64,000 nt of DNA from Acidobacteriota bacterium (lineage in GTDB: Bacteria > Acidobacteriota > UBA6911 > RPQK01 > CBDAPI01). Each line of letters opens with the position of its first letter. Position 1 is the stretch's first letter. The stretch spans positions 1,365,838-1,429,837 of the forward strand of contig OZ252114.1 in the NCBI GenBank assembly GCA_965248635.1, written 5' to 3'. Positions 57,384 to 64,000 of the stretch are shown here, piece after piece. The notes under the pieces are model-generated. The model was not told the origin of the DNA, searched no databases, and saw nothing but the letters and a program-made list of their open reading frames with translations. The position numbers and the translations under genes were made by a program.

Positions 57384-57854
57384 GTGGTGGCCGGGGTGAC
57401 CATCGCCACAATCGCAACCGTGGCTTATTTGAGCCGGGAGACCGGTGAGTCCGATCAACCCCTTCTCGGAATCGTGCGATCAGACCACGCGGACTTCGAA
57501 CGGTATCTGCAGTCCGTGCAACTGGAAGATCGCGGCACTAAGATGCTCAAGAACCTGACGGGGAAGCGAATCGTCGGGTTCGCAGGAGCCATCACCAATC
57601 ACAACGACCGTCCACTGGACGTGGTGGAAATCAGGTTGATTCTCTTCAACGCCCACGAAGCGGTCTTTGAGACCATCCGAACCCCGATCAAGCCCGGCGC
57701 TTATACGCCTCCGATTCTGTCTGGCAAGACAAGGGGATTCACCCTCTATCTGGAGGACTTCCCGCAGAGCTGGTGGGCGAGCCGAGCGGAAATGGAAATC
57801 AGCGGAATTCGGTTGGCTGGGAGTGCGTCGGAGGAGTCGACCAATCAACCTTGA
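57384..57854 (+). CDS. Hypothetical membrane-anchored protein
   Basis: Single N-terminal TM (VVAGVTIATIATVAYL) then a soluble domain. Start set to a GTG after the methyltransferase stop; the 57156 track start would overlap 180 nt. Start uncertain. Confidence 0.35.
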   Translation: MVAGVTIATIATVAYLSRETGESDQPLLGIVRSDHADFERYLQSVQLEDRGTKMLKNLTGKRIVGFAGAITNHNDRPLDVVEIRLILFNAHEAVFETIRTPIKPGAYTPPILSGKTRGFTLYLEDFPQSWWASRAEMEISGIRLAGSASEESTNQP

Positions 57855-58044
57855 GTGTGACCACGGTTACGTCGTCCCGTTGCTCTCGTCCCTCGATCCA
57901 GTCGCTCACTTCATCCAGGATAAGGGCCCGAATGTCGTCGGCTGTCAGGAAGGCGTTGGTCTTGACCAGGTCCTCCAGCTGCTCTTCACCAAACTGGTCA
58001 CCCGGGGGGGAGATTTGCCAGCAGGAGCGGGATCGGGACTCCAT
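57799..58044 (-). pseudogene. Remnant of a PP2C/SpoIIE-type phosphatase C-terminus
   Basis: 81-aa ORF ending ...GDQFGEEQLEDLV...ILDEVSDWIEGREQRDDVTVVTLKVDW. This matches the conserved C-terminal block of RsbU/SpoIIE phosphatases (compare ...QTDDITFLL in the 31365..33023 gene). No upstream domain; it is bounded by the splB stop. Confidence 0.4.
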
Positions 58045-58058
58045 TTCCCTGGCTGAAA

Positions 58059-59207
58059 TCAGCTCAGTGATCGAAAACTATCTGACTGCACGCCAGCGGT
58101 GACGAGTTCTCCGATCTCGCTGTCGCTTGGAGGGCTTGCCTCGAACACACGACTCCAGACCTCGGGTCTCTCCATGCAGGCATAGACACCGGTTGAAGCA
58201 GAGGCACGAGCGCGAATCCACTCCAGCATTTTCAAGTACATTCGGGTACGAATGCTCTTGGCGTATCGAAGCTTGCCGTCCGGACAGGGGACCAGTTCTC
58301 CCAGCGGCAGAAAGCTGCCAGGGAATCGACTGCGCAAGGTGTCGCGCAGCCCCGAAGTCATACGCAGCGCTCCTATGGAAAACCAGGCAATGGCTTCCCC
58401 GGGGATGCGATCAAAAGTCTCGCCGACGAGACGCCGGTAGTCATTCTCCCAGTCCGTGTAGTGGACGAGCGGATCAAAGTGAAATCCCACCCTGTACCCT
58501 TCGTCCACACATTTCCGCGCAGCTCTTAGACGCTCTTCAATGGAGGCGGTCTTGTGCTCTTCCTGTTCCTGCACGTAGGGGGTGTTCATTGACCAGGAAA
58601 CGACAGTTCTTTCCCTGTGCTCGAGCCCCAGCAGCCCCTCCACACAATCCGTCTTTGTCTTCAGCTCCAGTACCGCATTTCTTTGCGCGGCAAAAAACTC
58701 AACCAGTCTCCGCCCATACCCTGTGACGGGGTCGAGGGCCAGACTGTCGGCAAGTTCTCCCGTGCCGATGCGGAAGAAAGACCCCGGAGAGGCGGCCAGT
58801 ACCGATTCCAACTCCCGAGTCAGGTCTTCAACGTTTGCGTGGACAACTATGTAGGGGAAGTTCAAGTAGGTCTGCAGATAGCAATAGCTGCATTCCATAT
58901 GACAGTTGCTCGCAAAGTTGATCACAAAATAATTGCAGCAAACGTTGGCAGCCGAGCCCCTCGTCTGGCTCCCCGGACAGTATTTGAAGAAGCTTCCCCG
59001 GTGCCGTGTCAGGACCAGCGTCCTCTTTCCTACAGAGATAGTCGGCGTCTGAATCCTGGCCTGCCCCCGCAGTTGCTCCAGGGAATCGATGATATGTACG
59101 GGAACGCCGGATAGTCGTTCCAGTACCCGCTCGGTGATCACGGAGTGAAGGACTGCCTGTTCAATGAGAACTTGGTTGGGTAGGTAGGCTGAACTGATTC
59201 CGGTCAT
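58059..59207 (-). CDS. splB: Spore photoproduct lyase-family radical SAM protein
   Basis: 382 aa, CxxxCxxC radical-SAM motif (CHMECSYC), SPL-like core. In a non-sporulation gene context. Confidence 0.7.
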   Translation of the reverse strand: MTGISSAYLPNQVLIEQAVLHSVITERVLERLSGVPVHIIDSLEQLRGQARIQTPTISVGKRTLVLTRHRGSFFKYCPGSQTRGSAANVCCNYFVINFASNCHMECSYCYLQTYLNFPYIVVHANVEDLTRELESVLAASPGSFFRIGTGELADSLALDPVTGYGRRLVEFFAAQRNAVLELKTKTDCVEGLLGLEHRERTVVSWSMNTPYVQEQEEHKTASIEERLRAARKCVDEGYRVGFHFDPLVHYTDWENDYRRLVGETFDRIPGEAIAWFSIGALRMTSGLRDTLRSRFPGSFLPLGELVPCPDGKLRYAKSIRTRMYLKMLEWIRARASASTGVYACMERPEVWSRVFEASPPSDSEIGELVTAGVQSDSFRSLS

Positions 59208-59208
59208 T

Positions 59209-59265
59209 GGTTGAAAGTTGAAAGTTAAAAAGTTGAAAGTTAAAAAGTTGAAAGTTAAGATTATA
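59209..59265. repeat. AT-rich heptamer/octamer tandem repeat (GTTGAAA / GTTAAAAA alternating), splB-parB-like intergenic
   Basis: GTTGAAAGTTGAAAGTTAAAAAGTTGAAAGTTAAAAAGTTGAAAGTTAAGA. Seven units. Confidence 0.85.
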
Positions 59266-60322
59266 GCAAGTCGAACAGATCCGCCATCTCTGGTCGGTGG
59301 GCAGCCTTCTCCAGGTGCTCCGCCACCCTGGCCAGCTGATCAGAAGATTGAACGGAGAACTCGAAGGCGAGGGAGTTCCCTTCAAAAAAAGGCGGCGGCG
59401 AGACACGTATTCTGCGGGGAAGAGACAGCGCCTTCAAGCTGGTCTCATATCTGGAAACCATCTTTTCAAACTCGGGATAGCGGCTCTCGTGGAGTCTCTC
59501 CAGAATCTTACGGAAGGTCACCGCATCTCCGGCTCGACCCTGTTCATGAAGCGTGTTACAGCCGGTTGCGTTCCAGCAGCTGAACAGAGGTGCCGCCTCT
59601 CCCTGTTGAATCCCCCGGGCCCGCAGGTCGTCCAGCAGGTCGAACACTCTCTTCTGGTAGCTGCGGCTGGGCCGGTAGTGCCGGGCCAGATCGAGGAAAA
59701 GCTGCTGCTCCGATGTCGTCCACCGCGCCAGTTTGAGAGCAATCTCCACTCGCAGGATGGATAGGCTTTTCTGAATCTCCAGAGGCAAGCGGGCGACTGC
59801 CCTACACTGCTTGTAGTGAAAACGATCCGGGCGCACGCCCAGAGCCGGCAGATAGCTGGATACGATTTCTTCCTCGGAGACGCCCAGTTCGACCGCCAGC
59901 TTCGCCACTGCCAGGGCCTTCTCGAGCTCGGAGAACTCCCTGGTCCCGAGATTCTCGAAGAGCGCCAGATCGAAGAGCTTACGAAGGTCCCCTTCCTCTG
60001 TAACCAGCGCAGGGACGGTTTTCAGCCCGGCGCGAGTGGCGAGACGCTGGCGCTGGAAACCACAAACGATGCGCAGTCGGCTCCCGTTGTGCTTGTGCAG
60101 AAGGAGAGGTGTCGTGAGGCCGACGCGCTCGATCGACAGGCCCAGAGCTTCGTTCACGATCCAATCCGGAGTCGTGGCAAAGGTGCCGTCTTCGGTGTCA
60201 ATCTGAGTGATCGGAACCACCTGAATAGCCTGTCTGGGGTCTCTCGTGATAGAACGTTGTTTCATGGTCTTCGCAACTATTCTGATAGGAAGACATCGTA
60301 GCTGACTGGAAAAAAAAGGCAC
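59261..60322 (-). CDS. ParB/Srx-like N-terminal domain protein (standalone; no ParA)
   Basis: ParB N-domain blocks (VPITQIDTEDG..., GFQRQRLATRAGLKTVPALV) and a helical C-terminal region. GTG at 60322; the ATG at 60265 (MKQRSIT...) is an alternative start. Confidence 0.6.
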   Translation of the reverse strand: MPFFSSQLRCLPIRIVAKTMKQRSITRDPRQAIQVVPITQIDTEDGTFATTPDWIVNEALGLSIERVGLTTPLLLHKHNGSRLRIVCGFQRQRLATRAGLKTVPALVTEEGDLRKLFDLALFENLGTREFSELEKALAVAKLAVELGVSEEEIVSSYLPALGVRPDRFHYKQCRAVARLPLEIQKSLSILRVEIALKLARWTTSEQQLFLDLARHYRPSRSYQKRVFDLLDDLRARGIQQGEAAPLFSCWNATGCNTLHEQGRAGDAVTFRKILERLHESRYPEFEKMVSRYETSLKALSLPRRIRVSPPPFFEGNSLAFEFSVQSSDQLARVAEHLEKAAHRPEMADLFDLL

Positions 60323-60452
60323 GAATACCTATAATCCATGCCTTAGTCCCTGTTATGACTTAGAAGAGAGCGTTCTTGAGTCACTCCGATCCTACTTGAT
60401 TGGAAGTAGTGTCAAGCTCACTGGGAAAAGAAGGAAATACTGAGGGGAGGAA

Positions 60453-61484
60453 ATGACTCTTAGGCATTTGACCAAGGTTGTCAGCCCGGTCCTTGCGATG
60501 AGCGTTATGGCCTCGTTTTCGCTCTGGGCTCAGGAACAGGACGCCGATTCTGCCGCTGCGGAAGAGTACCGCAGACAATATACCGCTGTCCAGAAATGTG
60601 CGGCTCTCACGGACCCGAAACCACTGCAGAAGTGTGTCCTCGACTACCTGGAGGCGGCGGGCCGTGAGCACACTGATCTCTTCAACTGGGCCGTGGGTGA
60701 GTACGCTCGGGCTATGACGAAGCAGATCCAGCAGAGCCAGCATGAAGAACTCATCGTTGCCGGGGAGGCAATGCTCAAGTACAGACCGGATGAGATGAAT
60801 CTCATTACGCAGCTCTGCTACTCCGCCTTTCATGCGGGCCAGTACGCAAAGGCCACCGGGTACTGTGAGACCGTGTATGCGAAAGACCCTGACACGAACC
60901 TTTTTCAGATTCTTCTCAGCGTCTATAAGGAGACCGGTGACAAGGCCAGGTACGCTGAGTATTCCAGAAAGGCGATCGACGTGCTGGAGCCGGCTCAGGC
61001 TTTTCCCTACCTGGAGGAACTCCTGGCATCCGCTGCCCAGAAAGAGAACTGGCCTCAGGCCGCACGCTATGCCACAAAGACCTTGAATCTGCTCTCCAAA
61101 ATGGAGAGAAATCCCAGCGTTTCTGAACAGGAATGGAATCGATGGGCCGGGAAAAAGCGTGCCCAGGCTCACTTGCTGATGGGCCGAAATGCCTACGAGG
61201 GTCAAGACTGGGCCAGCGCGGTGGTCGCCTACCAGAGAGTCATTCGCAACTCTGGAGACAAGAGCCTTCGGGGCGAGTCCTACTACTACATCGGGATGTC
61301 GAACTGGAAGGAAAACCGCCTTCAGCCGGCCATGGAAGCCTTTGCCTGCGGAGCGGCTCAGAAGGGTTCTCCCCACGCTGGAGCGTGTGACGGATACTTG
61401 ATTCGTCTCTACAAATCCACCCACAATGATTCGACTGCCGGCCTCGCCGAATTCAAAGCTAGAGTGAGCCGCGACTGCTCCTAG
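60453..61484 (+). CDS. Secreted TPR-like helical repeat protein (hypothetical)
   Basis: 343 aa, signal peptide, helical repeat composition, paired Cys residues. Confidence 0.5.
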   Translation: MTLRHLTKVVSPVLAMSVMASFSLWAQEQDADSAAAEEYRRQYTAVQKCAALTDPKPLQKCVLDYLEAAGREHTDLFNWAVGEYARAMTKQIQQSQHEELIVAGEAMLKYRPDEMNLITQLCYSAFHAGQYAKATGYCETVYAKDPDTNLFQILLSVYKETGDKARYAEYSRKAIDVLEPAQAFPYLEELLASAAQKENWPQAARYATKTLNLLSKMERNPSVSEQEWNRWAGKKRAQAHLLMGRNAYEGQDWASAVVAYQRVIRNSGDKSLRGESYYYIGMSNWKENRLQPAMEAFACGAAQKGSPHAGACDGYLIRLYKSTHNDSTAGLAEFKARVSRDCS

Positions 61485-61487
61485 CAG

Positions 61488-61590
61488 GTTCCACGTTCCA
61501 GGTTCCAGGTTCCAGGTGGGCGCTCGCTGTCGCTCGCACCTTCTCTTCCTTGTAGCGTATGAATATACGTGAAACGTGAAACGTAGAACC
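61488..61590. repeat. Inverted heptamer arrays (GGTTCCA x4 / CGTGAAA x3) flanking GC-rich box GGGCGCTCGCTGTCGCTCGCACC
   Basis: Arm 1 at 61488-61517, box at 61518-61540, arm 2 ACGTGAAACGTGAAACGTAGAACC at 61567-61590. Upstream of pcrA. Confidence 0.8.
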
Positions 61591-61642
61591 CCAAAGAGTG
61601 ATCCGAACGACCGCAGGGCGCGGGGTGGCATGGTAGCCTTCC

Positions 61643-63880
61643 TTGACAATGCTAACGGGAATCGAGCTGCTCCAACCACTGAACCAACCCCAGCGCAAAG
61701 CGGTGGAATTGTGCCAGGGTCCGCTCCTGATTGTGGCCGGAGCCGGCAGCGGCAAGACCCGTACCATTACCTGCAAAATCGCCTTTCTCATCCATGAACA
61801 CGGTGTCAACCCGGACAACATACTGGCCGTCACCTTCACCAACAAAGCCGCACAGGAAATGCGGGAACGAGTCGAGGTTCTGGTGGGTGACTCGCCAGGT
61901 CCTCCTCTCATTTCTACCTTTCATTCCTTCTCTGCCAGACTGCTAAGGCGGCATGCACACTTGCTGGGGTTTGGGAACGATTATTCGATCTGCGATGTTC
62001 AGGACCAGCGTCGGGTCTATGGAGTCGTCTACCAGGAGCTGGACGTGGACAAAGAGCAGTTGCCGGTGCGCCTGGTCCAGTCGGTTGTGACCCGGGCCAA
62101 GAACACGGGACAGTCCTGGCGGGGTTTTCAGGCCGCCCATCCTGAAACCCCGAACAACGAGCTGATCGGCAACATTTTCAAAGCCTATCAGGATTATTTG
62201 CATGATTCGAACTCGATGGATTTCGACGACCTGATGCTGAATGCCCTGCGCTTGCTGACCCAGGAAGAGGACTTAGGAAAGCACTATGCAGAGAAGTTCC
62301 AATACCTCCTGATCGACGAGTACCAGGACACGAATTCCCCACAAAATGACCTGCTGCGAGCTTTAACGCGGATCCACCAGAATGTGACGGCGGTGGGGGA
62401 CGAAGATCAGTCCATTTATAGCTTCCGCGGCGCTGACATTTCCAATATTTTGCGCTTTGAACAGGACTTCCCGGGAGCGCGGGTGATCAAGCTGGAACAG
62501 AACTACCGGTCCACACAGGTGATTCTGGACGCGGCCGGTGCCGTGATCTCCTGCAACGCCAATCGGCGACCCAAGAAGCTTTGGACAGAGACCCAGGGAG
62601 GGGATTCGGTTTCCCTCTTTATTGCTGCAGATGCTCGGATCGAGGCCCGTTTCGTGGCCAGGCGGGTGTTCAATCTGCTGCGGGAGCCGGAAGGCGAAAT
62701 CGGAGTACTGTACCGCACCAACTTCCAGTCCAGAATTCTCGAGGAGGAGCTAAGGCGACTGTATATACCCTACCGGCTGGTGGGCGGAGAAAGCTTTTAC
62801 AATCGGAAAGAGGTCAAAGATGCCCTCGCCTATCTGCGCCTGGTCTGCAGTCCAGCCGACAACATTGCACTGCTGAGGATTGTCAATGAGCCGTCCCGAG
62901 GGATCGGCCGGGTGACCCTGGAGCGCCTCCAGGCAATTGCCCAGGAGAAGAACATCAATCTCTGGGAGGCCGTCAAAGCGGGCCTCGACTCTCACGCTCT
63001 TCCCGGACGTTCCCACATCGCAGTCCAATCCTTTCAAAGATTGATCGAGGAATGTCAACCCGAGCTCTACTCGCCTCTGCACCTCTGCCTGGAGAGAATC
63101 CTGGAGCGAGTTGGCTACCGGGAACACCTTTCGGAGATCGGTACCGAAGAATCGGCCAGCCGGCTGCTCAACCTGGACGAAGTGGTGACCGTGGCGCGTG
63201 ACTGCTATCAGAGAGGTGAGGGGATTCAAGAGTTTCTGGACAACGCTGCCCTCTACTCCGAGACCGATGAGTATGACTCCGCCTCGCCAGTGACGCTGAT
63301 GACACTCCACAATGCCAAAGGACTCGAGTTCCAGTCTGTTCTGTTGGTGGGCTGCGAAGAAGGCCTTTTTCCACACAGTCGCAGCACCACTGAAGAGGAA
63401 CTGGAAGAGGAGCGAAGGCTTTGCTACGTAGGAATGACCCGGGCCAAGAAAAGGCTCCATCTGAGCTATTCGCAGACCAGGCGTCTCTACGGTCAGGAGT
63501 CGCCGAGGTTCAACAAGCCCAGTCGCTTCCTGAAAGAAATCCCTTCCGAACTGGTGCAACTCGAGCCCGGATCGTCCCCTGCGTATCAGGCGCCATCTGC
63601 TTCGGAAAGTGGGGCGGGTCGCAGCACGAAGAGCCTGTATCGGGGTAAGACCCACAATTCAGCGGCTGCTGTGAAACAGTTTCTCGACACAGCCGGCCGT
63701 TTAGCAGGCAATCCGGCGCTACAGTTGACTTCGGGTGCTCTGGTAGAGCACCGTCGCTATGGGCGTGGACGGGTCCTGCAGGTCGAAGATACCGGGGGGG
63801 ATCTGAAGGTGACGGTCCGTTTTCCGGGGATCGGGATCAAGAAGCTCTTACAAAGCTACGCCAGGCTAGAGCCGATCTGA
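61643..63880 (+). CDS. pcrA: ATP-dependent DNA helicase PcrA/UvrD (superfamily 1)
   Basis: 745 aa, Walker A GAGSGKT, UvrD motifs I-VI, C-terminal Tudor-like tail. Confidence 0.9.
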   Translation: MTMLTGIELLQPLNQPQRKAVELCQGPLLIVAGAGSGKTRTITCKIAFLIHEHGVNPDNILAVTFTNKAAQEMRERVEVLVGDSPGPPLISTFHSFSARLLRRHAHLLGFGNDYSICDVQDQRRVYGVVYQELDVDKEQLPVRLVQSVVTRAKNTGQSWRGFQAAHPETPNNELIGNIFKAYQDYLHDSNSMDFDDLMLNALRLLTQEEDLGKHYAEKFQYLLIDEYQDTNSPQNDLLRALTRIHQNVTAVGDEDQSIYSFRGADISNILRFEQDFPGARVIKLEQNYRSTQVILDAAGAVISCNANRRPKKLWTETQGGDSVSLFIAADARIEARFVARRVFNLLREPEGEIGVLYRTNFQSRILEEELRRLYIPYRLVGGESFYNRKEVKDALAYLRLVCSPADNIALLRIVNEPSRGIGRVTLERLQAIAQEKNINLWEAVKAGLDSHALPGRSHIAVQSFQRLIEECQPELYSPLHLCLERILERVGYREHLSEIGTEESASRLLNLDEVVTVARDCYQRGEGIQEFLDNAALYSETDEYDSASPVTLMTLHNAKGLEFQSVLLVGCEEGLFPHSRSTTEEELEEERRLCYVGMTRAKKRLHLSYSQTRRLYGQESPRFNKPSRFLKEIPSELVQLEPGSSPAYQAPSASESGAGRSTKSLYRGKTHNSAAAVKQFLDTAGRLAGNPALQLTSGALVEHRRYGRGRVLQVEDTGGDLKVTVRFPGIGIKKLLQSYARLEPI

Positions 63881-64000
63881 GTACTAGTGCAGCTAGTGCA
63901 TCTCGCCATAAGTTCTGAGCCAGGGTCAGCGCGTCAATCGTTGTCGCTGGTTAGGCGTCGGGAGCGAGTCATATCAAGCGATATGGCGAGCGAGCGCAAC

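Noticed and set aside
59261-60322. Calling the ParB-like gene a chromosome-partitioning parB
   Set aside because: There is no adjacent parA, and the C-terminal region does not resemble the ParB dimerization domain. It is treated as a standalone ParB/Srx-fold protein.

Overview
This 64 kb window is a high-GC chromosomal segment, most likely from a Gram-negative bacterium (OmpA/Pal-like lipoprotein, TonB-dependent receptor, BON protein, TAXI-TRAP transporter). It is densely packed with housekeeping genes on both strands and contains no rRNA, CRISPR array, transposase or integrase. Main blocks: (1) a groES-groEL operon on the minus strand with a near-consensus CIRCE/HrcA operator. (2) purC, cvpA, a small Fis-family HTH gene, a GT39/ArnT-like glycosyltransferase, cysS and an L-lysine 6-aminotransferase homolog. 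(3) tRNA-Gly(GCC) next to a TAXI-TRAP transporter pair. (4) A flotillin operon followed by three uncharacterized genes. (5) A large respiratory cluster: aa3-type oxidase genes coxB, ctaD, two tandem subunit-III genes and subunit IV, then a Rieske protein, a split cytochrome b, a 1030-aa octaheme cytochrome c, a putative blue-copper (cupredoxin-like) lipoprotein, and ctaA and ctaB. (6) The imuA-imuB-dnaE2 mutagenesis cassette. (7) The conserved rimP-nusA-infB-DUF503-nrnA-truB-cobB block. (8) An SPL-family radical SAM gene paired with a ParB-like gene, followed by a pcrA/uvrD helicase. The most striking non-coding signal is a pervasive family of short heptanucleotide tandem repeats (GTTCCAC-like and locus-specific variants) at almost every gene boundary. 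They often occur as inverted pairs forming long hairpins between convergent genes, and sometimes sit next to a conserved GC-rich box. Long antisense and out-of-frame ORFs in the supplied track are treated as GC-driven artefacts.
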